From IMG/VR virus record IMGVR_UViG_3300042452_000572: DNA of 64,000 bases. One strand, written 5' to 3'. The stretch comes from an uncultured virus (IMG/VR IMGVR_UViG_3300042452_000572). Taxonomy: Duplodnaviria > Heunggongvirae > Uroviricota > Caudoviricetes. Shown here one piece after another: positions 35,097 to 43,842 of this stretch. Below the pieces are notes generated by a model. The model had not been told where the DNA came from, ran no database searches, and saw only the letters and a list, made by a program, of their open reading frames with translations. A program made the position numbers and the translations under genes. How positions within the stretch are numbered: position 1 is the first letter of the stretch; every line of letters starts with the position of its first letter.

Positions 35097-36479
35097 TTAC
35101 ACCTCACCAAATGGATTATTTTCTGAGAAATCAAGAATAGTGCTCGCTGCAGACTGAATTTCTTGATTTTGCTCAAACGGATCATCGTCATCATAGTTGA
35201 TTGTATTTAGGATGTATGCAACACTACCATATGTTGTTCCTGCGCCAATGATCATTTCACCTGGAGCAAATTTACCAGTCAAACTGCGTGCCCTCATTGT
35301 TAGAGTTGGTTTATCCCAAGATGCTGCAATTGCTGTTGTACCAGTAGAAACTCCCCTGATAATATCTCCAAACTGATATGTTCCTACACCAATAGTTCCT
35401 GCAGCAGATACTGTAATCGTTGGTACTTGCGTATATCCATAACCAGCATTGATAATTCTGATTGCAGATAGATTATTTTGCGTATTGAGAACTGCAGTTC
35501 CAATAGCGGTAACTCCACCAGAAGGTGCAGCAGTGAATGTAATTGTTGGTGGTAAGACATAGTTTTGACCACCAGTAGTTATTGTTACAACTCCAACTGA
35601 ACCAGTAGTTCCAATACCTGCTACTGCAATTGCTCCAGTTCCATTTCCATCTGTAGGAATAATTTGAACTGTTGGTATTGTTGTATATCCATATCCAGTA
35701 TTTGTAACATAAATCGCTTGTAGCGATCTTGTACCACTACTATTTTCTGTAGTAATTGCAACTGCTTGTGCTGTTCTACCTATACCTGGAGGAGCAATTC
35801 TAACTGTAGGATCTGCAGTATATCCTGTTCCTTCGTTGAGAATAGTAATTGCATGAACACCACCATTAACTAGAGATGTAAATGCAGCAGCAGTTGATCC
35901 AATACCAACAAAAGTGAGAGTTGCATTGTATCCAAAAGATGCAAATTCATCATCAATATCACTAATTTGAGTATCAAGAATTTCATCTTCATACTCAAAT
36001 ATTTCACACTTCAAGAGGTATGTGTAATTTTTTTGTAATTGGAAGAATACTGGTTGATCATTTTCAACAAATTTAATTTCGAAAAGAGTATCTGATAAAG
36101 GAAAATAAATTAAGTCTCCTTCTAAGGGTCTTTTTGGATTGTCTGATAATTCAACAATTGCTTCATATAAAGGACCAATACCATCATCAAATCTTCTCTG
36201 CGAAATAACAATTTGCATTTCTGCAGTGGTTCTAACACCAAACTTTGACAGTATGTTTGAAGGATCTGCAAATCCCTCATAATTTTGAATATATCCTTCA
36301 ATTGGAAAAGATCTAGTAAACTTTGAAGTCGAAACTTCACGCATTATAGTTTTAGTGTTTACAAAAATTCTTGGTAAGTAAATAAATTCTATCCCATGAA
36401 TTTTGATATGTTCATCTATTAACTCTTGAACAAGAGTTTGTTCACCTTTAGTGCCTTGAGTAAAAAATGGATTTAACAT
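35097..36479 (-). CDS. gp14: Neck protein (T4 gp14) with an internal Gly/Thr-rich insertion
   Basis: LNPFF, YLPR, LSKFG, RPLEGDLIYFP, FEIKFVE, DFSENNPFG. Confidence 0.93.
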   Translation of the reverse strand: MLNPFFTQGTKGEQTLVQELIDEHIKIHGIEFIYLPRIFVNTKTIMREVSTSKFTRSFPIEGYIQNYEGFADPSNILSKFGVRTTAEMQIVISQRRFDDGIGPLYEAIVELSDNPKRPLEGDLIYFPLSDTLFEIKFVENDQPVFFQLQKNYTYLLKCEIFEYEDEILDTQISDIDDEFASFGYNATLTFVGIGSTAAAFTSLVNGGVHAITILNEGTGYTADPTVRIAPPGIGRTAQAVAITTENSSGTRSLQAIYVTNTGYGYTTIPTVQIIPTDGNGTGAIAVAGIGTTGSVGVVTITTGGQNYVLPPTITFTAAPSGGVTAIGTAVLNTQNNLSAIRIINAGYGYTQVPTITVSAAGTIGVGTYQFGDIIRGVSTGTTAIAASWDKPTLTMRARSLTGKFAPGEMIIGAGTTYGSVAYILNTINYDDDDPFEQNQEIQSAASTILDFSENNPFGEV

Positions 36480-37324
36480 TATCCAATAAGATCTAAAGGT
36501 GGAAGTTCGTAGTCATATGTCATACGCTCTTCAAGTTTTTCTATATCTCTTACAGCATCTTCATAAATTTCTCTTCCATTTAATTCAACTCCACCTGGAA
36601 GTTTTACTCCTCTAAACTTAATGAGGTTTTGACCCCATTGTCTTTTCATAAGAAGAGTAAAATACTTTTTCAAGAAGGGATCATTATAAACTTTTGTAAA
36701 CTCATTAGGATTTAAAACCCTATAGCACTGAATAATAATATAGTCATCAACTTTAATACTACTATAATCAGTATCTAAGTATAATCTATTTTGTCTTCTA
36801 TTAAATCTAATTTGCTTATCTGGGTGCAAAATAAAATCAATATCTTCTAGATATCTCTTTGTCATTGTGTAATTTAAAAGTTCAGTTGAACTAAACCAAT
36901 AAATTTCGTTGAGAAATAATTGGTAGTTTACACTAAACATATTTGTGCTGATTGCGCGATTATCTAATTTCCATACGCGCTCAATACCAATAACCGCATC
37001 TGGGATTTGGATAAAGTTTTGATTTTCTTCAAAAGAAAATGTTGTTGTTCCTATACCAGTAATATTAGCTGTTCCTGAAGTTGTTGTTATACCAATAGAT
37101 TTACTAGATCCTCTTGCTTGAATTGCATCCAAAAATGGTTGCGTAACTTTATGTTTCAAATACATCAGTTCGACACCATCCATGTGTCTATTCTGATACA
37201 TTTGAATAGCATCATCCATCAAGTCTTCAATCTGCTCATCAGCGAGATTGATCTCCAATACAGGATATCCTAATTGTCTTTTAGCGTATTCTACTAATTC
37301 CTGTCTTGAAGCAGGGTTTGCCAT
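36479..37324 (-). CDS. gp13: Neck protein (T4 gp13)
   Basis: YAKRQLGYPVLEIN, KRQWGQNLIKF.GVKLPGGVELNG. ATAAATA lies upstream at 37344-37350. Confidence 0.96.
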   Translation of the reverse strand: MANPASRQELVEYAKRQLGYPVLEINLADEQIEDLMDDAIQMYQNRHMDGVELMYLKHKVTQPFLDAIQARGSSKSIGITTTSGTANITGIGTTTFSFEENQNFIQIPDAVIGIERVWKLDNRAISTNMFSVNYQLFLNEIYWFSSTELLNYTMTKRYLEDIDFILHPDKQIRFNRRQNRLYLDTDYSSIKVDDYIIIQCYRVLNPNEFTKVYNDPFLKKYFTLLMKRQWGQNLIKFRGVKLPGGVELNGREIYEDAVRDIEKLEERMTYDYELPPLDLIG

Positions 37325-37349
37325 TGATATACCTACTTTTTTCTATTTA

Positions 37350-38423
37350 TTAGGTTCTTGTAATAACAACATCTATTTGATCCCCAGCAGACGCCCCATT
37401 TGTTAAAATAATTTTTGGAGATACAATTGTATAATCTACAGATTCTAATTTAACACCATTTAAAAATACTTGAAGATTACTTGAAGTGATAGTTGAACTA
37501 GATGGTGTAAATGTTGTTTGACCTTGAGTTGCTGTAAAATAATCCTCTGCGGTATCAGAAACTAAATCAATTTCATCTCCCGCAGTAGCTCCTGAAACTA
37601 ATTGTACTGAAGAAGATGCTGAATAATCAATACCAGTTCTTAACTTAGATCCATTTAGATAAACTTTAATATTTTCTGAAGTAGAAAATGAACCACTAAG
37701 AGAAAATTGTGTTTGATTTTGAGTTGCTGTAAAATACTCTTCGTCTAAAGTATATCCAAATGATACAACAGAATTTAATCTATCATTGACTTTAAGACCT
37801 TCTACTAAAGTTATAGTAGTTGGTTCAGTTAAAGTAAAATCTGTAGTTTCTCTTAATTTTATTCCATTTGCAAAAACTTGTACAGATCTATTTGTAAAAT
37901 TTTGCGATGATGTGAATGTTGTTTGACCTTGTGTTGCTGTAAAATATTGATCAGAAATACTACTAGATGATCCAACGGTGCTAGTAGAACTAGTAAAATA
38001 TAAATTACCATTTCCATCTGTAGCAAGAGATTGACCAGTTGTTCCGTCAGAAGTTGGAAATGTAAATCCACTAATAGTCGAAACACCAGTAGTTTTAATA
38101 TTTCCAGTTATTATTGCTGTTGAGGTAGTAACACCAGAAATAAATGCATTACCAACAACTGAAAATTTTGATGTTGGTAAAGTGCTTCCAACACCTACAT
38201 TACCTTCAGTAAAAAATGTGTTATAAGTATTTGTTCCAGTTCCAACAGACCATGGATTAATAACAATTACTGTTGTGCCAACACCAACTGAAGATTGATC
38301 TCTTTCGGTATATATTTTTCCATCAAAAGTATTGATAGCTAACTCACCAAGATCCAGCTGCGTTACTGTAGGAATTTTCCCAGATACCGCTGATCTTTTT
38401 ACCTTGATTGTTGGATTTGCCAT
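37350..38423 (-). CDS. Tail-fibre-associated / virion structural protein with three FTATQ(G/N)QT domains
   Basis: N-terminal IKVKRS....P....LDLGELAINTFDGKIY fibre-type start, GNVGVGSTLP, and three roughly 60-aa repeats (YFTATQGQT...VFLNG.KL...DY). Confidence 0.75.
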   Translation of the reverse strand: MANPTIKVKRSAVSGKIPTVTQLDLGELAINTFDGKIYTERDQSSVGVGTTVIVINPWSVGTGTNTYNTFFTEGNVGVGSTLPTSKFSVVGNAFISGVTTSTAIITGNIKTTGVSTISGFTFPTSDGTTGQSLATDGNGNLYFTSSTSTVGSSSSISDQYFTATQGQTTFTSSQNFTNRSVQVFANGIKLRETTDFTLTEPTTITLVEGLKVNDRLNSVVSFGYTLDEEYFTATQNQTQFSLSGSFSTSENIKVYLNGSKLRTGIDYSASSSVQLVSGATAGDEIDLVSDTAEDYFTATQGQTTFTPSSSTITSSNLQVFLNGVKLESVDYTIVSPKIILTNGASAGDQIDVVITRT

Positions 38424-38549
38424 TTACAAAAAATAAAAAATCTGCTATAAAGCAGAGACTTTTTCCATTCATTTAATCGCCGCCAGAACTAGTATATACT
38501 CTCTTTACGGAAGATTGATTAGATTGAATTTATGTCTCTAAGTTGGTAT

Positions 38550-38557
38550 TATTTATA
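38550..38557 (-). promoter_or_regulatory. Late promoter TATAAATA with a long leader
   Basis: Exact consensus about 125 nt upstream of the ATG at 38423. Confidence 0.75.
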
Positions 38558-38559
38558 TA

Positions 38560-38748
38560 CTAAAATTCACCAGCATCTGGTTTTTTTGTAATTTTTTTAG
38601 GAATTTGTTCTTGCAATTGTTGCTGTAAATTATTAATTATTTCTTGTTGTACTAAAGTCTTTGCTTCAAGTGCAATTGCTTGTGCATATGCATCAGTTAG
38701 TCTTCTTTGATAAACACCGACCAATACTTTTAATTCTTGTTCATTCAT
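38560..38748 (-). CDS. Small coiled-coil hypothetical protein (62 aa)
   Basis: Heptad-rich sequence; ATAAATA upstream at 38781-38787. Confidence 0.75.
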   Translation of the reverse strand: MNEQELKVLVGVYQRRLTDAYAQAIALEAKTLVQQEIINNLQQQLQEQIPKKITKKPDAGEF

Positions 38749-38754
38749 AGATAT

Positions 38755-38779
38755 AAAAAAAGGGAGTTTCTAACTCCCC
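38755..38779 (-). terminator. Rho-independent terminator after the long fibre gene
   Basis: Stem GGGAGTT/AACTCCC followed by a T-run on the minus strand. Confidence 0.7.
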
Positions 38780-38803
38780 CTATTTATTTGATTTTAATTA
38801 GGA

Positions 38804-41800
38804 TCAGAACAATCCACCATCGATTGTAATGTTCTCAAGAGATCTTGTAGTACCACTGCAAGAAATTACTTGAGAAGCACCAGCGCAATCATTTAGGAAC
38901 AATGAACCAATTTCCAATCCAGCAAACGTAGATGCTGTTAGAACTCCACTACTTTCGCTTACATCACTTGCTGCAACCATTCTGCTTACCGAATCATCCC
39001 AGTAGAATGCGGCTTTCTTAGCAGATGATGTGAAGTAATTCATTACAATACCAACATCTTTGTTGGTGTCTGATGCTGGAGCAGATCCATCAATTACTTG
39101 AAGTTCTAATAATGTATCCTCAACAGTCATTGTGACTGTATTGATTTGAGTTGTCGTTCCGTTAACTGTTAGGTCACCAGTTACAACAACGTTACCACCA
39201 ACATTTAAGTTTCCTCCAAATGTAGATGCTGCAGAAACATTAGCACCACCAGTTACACGTAATCCAGCACCAGAACTGAATGTTAAGTTTGAATTATCTT
39301 CAAGAGAACCACTTGTTCCAGCAAGAACAACACGACCTGCAGTTAAATCAGAAACTGTTGCGGAAGAAAGAACTGTTTCGCCACCAGAAACATCTAAACC
39401 ACCGTTTAGATCAGTTGCTCCAGAAACCGTTAGACCAGCACCTACTGTTGCTGTAGTTGCCTTTAGTGTTGCAATAGTACCAATACCAGAAGTATTGATA
39501 TTGCCAGTAAATCCGCCGTTAGCAGTGATATTAGTAAAGGTTGCTGTTGTTCCACTTAGAGTTGGAATTGTAGCAGCAGCAGATACGTTTACTGTAGTTG
39601 CTTGTAAGAACGAAGCAGTAGAAACTCCAGTTGAATTAAGGTTTCCAGTTACATTACCTGTCAGGTTTCCAGAGAAACCACCAGTTGAAGTTGTAACACC
39701 AGAAACATTTATTTGCTGTGACTGTAAAGTTCCAAAGACGGTTGCACCGTATCCTGTGGTTTCAAACTTCTTGGAGCTATCGTGATAAAGCTCTACTGCA
39801 CCATCTGGAATAAATCTTGCAAGGTTCTCACCACTACCAAAGATTACATCATTTTTACTGAAAACAATGCTTCCACCTGCGGTTTCAACCGCAAGTCCAA
39901 TAATGCTAGATGAAGTGACATTAGAAATAATTCTATTGCGATCAAATGGAGCTCCAGATGCTGTATGAACAATTTTTAAATCGTCAGAAGCACCCAATCT
40001 AATTTCATCTTGATCTCCAAAACTTGCATGACCCTGGAATACAGCATTTCCTACAAAAGTAGAAAGTCCAGAAACATTAATTGAAGAAGCATTAACTTCA
40101 CCAGTTAAGTTACCCGTAACATTACCTGTTAAAGGACCAGAGAACGAAGATGCAGTTACAATGCCTGTATAATTTGCAGTTCCAGTTACTCTTAGACCAT
40201 TAGCACCAAACGTTAAGTTAGCACTATCTTCAAGAGCACCACTTGTTCCAGCAAGAACAACACGACCTGAAGTTAGATCTGAAACTGTTGCCGAAGAAAG
40301 AACTGTTTCGCCACCAGAAACGTCTAAACCACCATTAAGATCAGTTGCTCCAGTAACCGTTAGACCAGCACCTACGGTTGCTGTAGTTACTTGTAATTGA
40401 GAAACTGTACCTAAACCTGTTACATTGATCGCAGGGAAGGTAGCACCGCCAGAACCACCTAGAACATAGTTAGAAAGTTGTTGTGCTGTTAACTTCTTAT
40501 TAGTACCACCAGCACCATCGTCAATGATGAATAAGTCATCGGAAGTCAAGGCAGTTGCTGCAGTAGCACCATCAATATCTAAAGCAGATACTGGAACTGT
40601 TCCTGCGGATAGACCTGAACCAGAACCACTGAATGAAGATGCTGTAACGATGCCTGAAGCGTTTACTGTAGTTGCCTGTAGGAACGAAGCAGTAGAAACT
40701 CCAGTTGAATTGAGGTTTCCAGTTACGTTACCTGTTAAATTACCAGTTACATTTCCAGAGAAACCACCAGTAGCAGTTACAACACCAGAAGCAACAACAC
40801 TTGTTAATGAAATGTTTGGATCAAGGTTAATTGTAACAGTATTTGAAGAAGCTGAAGAAGTTAGGTTTGTACCACCAGAAATTGTTAGAGCTTCTGAGAG
40901 TAAATTGATATTTTCTGAACCACTATCGCCAGTTACCGTTAAAGCAGTACCAACTGAAGCAGTTGATACGGCAGTAACAAGACCTTTAGCGTTAACAGTA
41001 ACAACAGGAATTTGTGTTTGTGAACCAAATGTTCCAACGTTACTGTTAACAGTTGCTAGTGTTACTGCAAGACCAACGTTAGCAGTTCCATCAAACGATA
41101 CTGAAGCAGAAGCAGCATCACCAGTAACTTGGAAGTTACGAGCAGTTTGAAGTGCTGTAGCAGTGCTAGAATTACCAGTTAAAGCACCAACAAAACCACC
41201 AGTTGAAGTTGTAACACCAGAAACTCTTAGTTGATCAATAGTTGCACTACCAGAAACATCTAGACCACCGTTTAGATCAGTTGCTCCAGAAACCGTTAGA
41301 CCAGCACCTACTGTTGCTGTAGTTGCTTGAAGTTGGGAAACTGTACCTAAACCTGTTACATTGATCGCAGGGAAGGTAGCACCGCCAGAACCACCTAGAA
41401 CATAATTAGAAAGTTGTTGCGCTGTTAGTTTCTTGTTAGTACCACCTGCGCCATCATCGATTAGGAATAGATCATCTGACGTTAGAGCAGTAGCAGCAGT
41501 AGCTCCATCAATATCAATTGCTGAAGCAGGAACTGTACCAGCAGATAGACCTGAACCAGAACCACTGAACGAAGATGCTGTAACGATGCCTGAAGCATTT
41601 ACTGTAACTGCTGAAAGTTGTCCAACAGTAGAAACACCTGCAGTTTGATTTAATGCACCATTAAAACTAGTAGCAGTTACAACTCCAGTTACTCTTAAAC
41701 CACCAGCAAGTCTTAGGTTGTTTAGTGAGAATACATCGCCAAGTTCTTTGAATGAAACAACTTCTAGTTCATCACCAGCAGTTGCTCCAGATGCTAAGAC

Positions 41801-42859
41801 TACATCAGCACCATTATTAGCAGTAAAGTCTGTACCACTAATTAAACGAATACCATTTAAATATACATCAACAAATCCATCTTCATAACCAGCAGTAAAG
41901 TTAAATGATGTCTGACCTTGAGTTGCAGTAAAGACTTCATTCGTTGTATAAGTTGAAGCAGCAACACCAGAAATCTTAATTGTTGCAATTTCATTTGCTA
42001 CTGTATACTCTTCAAGACCTGTTCCAGTAAATTTGAATGCAGTAACTAGTCCAGTATGAGCAGAAGCAGAAGAAACACCAACAAGAGGAACTAATGATCC
42101 ATCAGTATCGCGGAAATCAGAACCTCTAAATGAAGATGCTGTTGCAATACCTGTGGTTGTTGATGTAGTTGCCTTTAAGGTATTGATTGTAGCAATACCT
42201 GTTACAGTAATTGCAGGGAAGGTAGCACCGCCAGAACCACCTAGAACATAATCTGAAAGTTGCTGTGCTGTTAACTTCTTATTAGTACCACCAGCACCAT
42301 CATCAATGATGAATAAGTCATCTGATGTCAATCCTGTTGCTGCAGTAGCACCATCAATATCTAAAGCAGATACTGGAACTGTTCCTGCAGTTAGTCCTGA
42401 ACCAGAACCAGAGAATGAGGATGCGGTAATAATACCAGTAGCACTTACTGTTGTAGCAAGTGCTTGACCTAGCGTTGAAATTCCGCTAATTGATAGTGTT
42501 GATGATGTAAGATTTGGTGCCCAAGAAAGAGTTCCATCACTTGCAACCTTTAAATAACCATCGGTTACAATAGCACTTGGAAAAGTAATTGTATAATTTG
42601 CAGGAATACTTGCTGGTGCCTTCAGAGTAATAGTATTATCACCATTTTCTGTGCCCTCAACAAGATTTAGACCAGAACCTGCTGATGTTGTTTCTTTTGT
42701 CCAATAGCGGTGTGATCCAAAGAATTTATTTCCATTCGTGGTACTGTCAATACCAACATAAAGATCATACTTGTCCGTAGTAAATCCTGGTTCACCTGCT
42801 CTTAAACCAGGTAAGTTGCTAAACAGACCTCTTTTAAACTGAATAACTGGAGCAGTCAT
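38804..42859 (-). CDS. Long tail-fibre-like protein (1351 aa) with internal duplications
   Basis: N-terminal IQFKRG...LRAGEPGFTTD; Gly/Thr/Ser-rich GNLTGNVTG repeats; GDLTVNGTTT..NT..VED module; ends IDGGLF. Late promoter TAAATA at 42896-42901. Confidence 0.85.
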   Translation of the reverse strand: MTAPVIQFKRGLFSNLPGLRAGEPGFTTDKYDLYVGIDSTTNGNKFFGSHRYWTKETTSAGSGLNLVEGTENGDNTITLKAPASIPANYTITFPSAIVTDGYLKVASDGTLSWAPNLTSSTLSISGISTLGQALATTVSATGIITASSFSGSGSGLTAGTVPVSALDIDGATAATGLTSDDLFIIDDGAGGTNKKLTAQQLSDYVLGGSGGATFPAITVTGIATINTLKATTSTTTGIATASSFRGSDFRDTDGSLVPLVGVSSASAHTGLVTAFKFTGTGLEEYTVANEIATIKISGVAASTYTTNEVFTATQGQTSFNFTAGYEDGFVDVYLNGIRLISGTDFTANNGADVVLASGATAGDELEVVSFKELGDVFSLNNLRLAGGLRVTGVVTATSFNGALNQTAGVSTVGQLSAVTVNASGIVTASSFSGSGSGLSAGTVPASAIDIDGATAATALTSDDLFLIDDGAGGTNKKLTAQQLSNYVLGGSGGATFPAINVTGLGTVSQLQATTATVGAGLTVSGATDLNGGLDVSGSATIDQLRVSGVTTSTGGFVGALTGNSSTATALQTARNFQVTGDAASASVSFDGTANVGLAVTLATVNSNVGTFGSQTQIPVVTVNAKGLVTAVSTASVGTALTVTGDSGSENINLLSEALTISGGTNLTSSASSNTVTINLDPNISLTSVVASGVVTATGGFSGNVTGNLTGNVTGNLNSTGVSTASFLQATTVNASGIVTASSFSGSGSGLSAGTVPVSALDIDGATAATALTSDDLFIIDDGAGGTNKKLTAQQLSNYVLGGSGGATFPAINVTGLGTVSQLQVTTATVGAGLTVTGATDLNGGLDVSGGETVLSSATVSDLTSGRVVLAGTSGALEDSANLTFGANGLRVTGTANYTGIVTASSFSGPLTGNVTGNLTGEVNASSINVSGLSTFVGNAVFQGHASFGDQDEIRLGASDDLKIVHTASGAPFDRNRIISNVTSSSIIGLAVETAGGSIVFSKNDVIFGSGENLARFIPDGAVELYHDSSKKFETTGYGATVFGTLQSQQINVSGVTTSTGGFSGNLTGNVTGNLNSTGVSTASFLQATTVNVSAAATIPTLSGTTATFTNITANGGFTGNINTSGIGTIATLKATTATVGAGLTVSGATDLNGGLDVSGGETVLSSATVSDLTAGRVVLAGTSGSLEDNSNLTFSSGAGLRVTGGANVSAASTFGGNLNVGGNVVVTGDLTVNGTTTQINTVTMTVEDTLLELQVIDGSAPASDTNKDVGIVMNYFTSSAKKAAFYWDDSVSRMVAASDVSESSGVLTASTFAGLEIGSLFLNDCAGASQVISCSGTTRSLENITIDGGLF
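39280..42455. repeat. Dispersed near-identical DNA repeats inside the fibre gene
   Basis: For example GCAGGGAAGGTAGCACCGCCAGAACCACCTAGAACATA occurs three times (about 40431, 41367, 42213), and GAAAGAACTGTTTCGCCACCAGAAAC twice (about 39366, 40296). Confidence 0.9.
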
Positions 42860-42906
42860 AGGAATTATGGGTAAATTATTTTTTTCGTTCCCAATTATTT
42901 AGAATT

Positions 42907-43284
42907 TTACCATTCCCCAGCATCTAGATCAATTTTATTATCCAATACATCATCCAAGTAATTTATGGTTGCTGTTGACATTCCTACAGGAGTAGGATCA
43001 GTTGTTGTTATTCCAACAGAAGCATCTAAAATATCATCTGGATTTATAAACTTATATTTTTGTAAAACCGCATCATATATCATTACATACTTGTTAGTCG
43101 ATCCATCTAAATTTGACGTATCTACGTCTAAAATATCTGATAGATTTGCCACTCCTCCTCCTGCTGATGCAACAATTACTTCTATTTGTCCTGTACCAAT
43201 ATCGGAATCTGCTGCAATATCTAGTGATACAACTGAAGAAACTAAAGAACCATTTCCCTCAGTAGAAACAACTATGTCCGACAT
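42907..43284 (-). CDS. Hypothetical acidic virion-associated protein
   Basis: LSDILDVDTSNL....YVMIYDA...KYKF and a C-terminal IDLDAGEW, typical of fibre-neighbour genes. Confidence 0.7.
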   Translation of the reverse strand: MSDIVVSTEGNGSLVSSVVSLDIAADSDIGTGQIEVIVASAGGGVANLSDILDVDTSNLDGSTNKYVMIYDAVLQKYKFINPDDILDASVGITTTDPTPVGMSTATINYLDDVLDNKIDLDAGEW

Positions 43285-43285
43285 T

Positions 43286-43627
43286 TTAGGAAACGGTAGA
43301 ATTTACAGTTATCTGTCCAGTAATTACTTTAGTTTTAGTACTACTTGCAGATGTGTTTGTAATAATTACATCATAATTATATCTACCAGAAGTAATAATT
43401 CCAGTTTGAGAATTTGTTAGTGATATTGTCAAATTTCCTAAAGTTGGATTTCCATTATATGTTGTTGCAAAACTAATAAATCCAGCAGAACCACTCCACT
43501 TCCTCATTTTTACCGAAAAATTATAAGGTGTCAAATCCAATGGAGATCCATCGGACTTTTTCAAATTAAAAGTCCTTGTAAAATCAGCTCCCTGTTCAAT
43601 TACCAGGTTGACTACTGGAACTGCCAT
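43286..43627 (-). CDS. Conserved virion structural protein (BppU-like beta domain)
   Basis: NLVIEQGADF...PLDLT.Y....MRK...GRYNYDV...KVITGQITV. Confidence 0.75.
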   Translation of the reverse strand: MAVPVVNLVIEQGADFTRTFNLKKSDGSPLDLTPYNFSVKMRKWSGSAGFISFATTYNGNPTLGNLTISLTNSQTGIITSGRYNYDVIITNTSASSTKTKVITGQITVNSTVS

Positions 43628-43647
43628 CTCCCACCTTTATACTATAA

Positions 43648-43842
43648 TTATTTATTGAGAATTAGAGACTTTAGAACTTCGATTTCAGATCTCAGTTCTT
43701 TAAGTTCTGTTTCATAACGTAAACGAGTATTTCTTTCATTGATATATTTCTCGTAAGCAACCATATCTGTGTTTATGATTGCTTGTGTATGTAAGTCTCT
43801 TTCAAGATTTGAATGATCTTCTACTTTTGCTCGTTTTATCAT
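43648..43842 (-). CDS. Conserved hypothetical protein (64 aa)
   Basis: KVEDHSNLERD..TQAIINTD plus a C-terminal coiled coil; ATGA overlap with the upstream gene. Confidence 0.8.
   Translation of the reverse strand: MIKRAKVEDHSNLERDLHTQAIINTDMVAYEKYINERNTRLRYETELKELRSEIEVLKSLILNK

Noticed and set aside
2173..38086. Short minus-strand ORFs in alternative frames (e.g. 2173-2355, 2758-3108, 12365-12736, 16886-17251, 17242-17484, 25604-25819, 32396-32677)
   Set aside because: They are nested in conserved genes and have no independent expression signals or motifs.
38424..38560. Possible tRNA in the larger intergenic gaps (also 8634-8743)
   Set aside because: No cloverleaf, T-loop GTTCRA arm or CCA end is recognisable.
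39280..42455. Repeats considered as a CRISPR array or a diversity-generating retroelement TR/VR pair
   Set aside because: The repeats are long, in-frame coding duplications without regular spacers; differences are not confined to adenines; no reverse transcriptase or cas gene is in the window.
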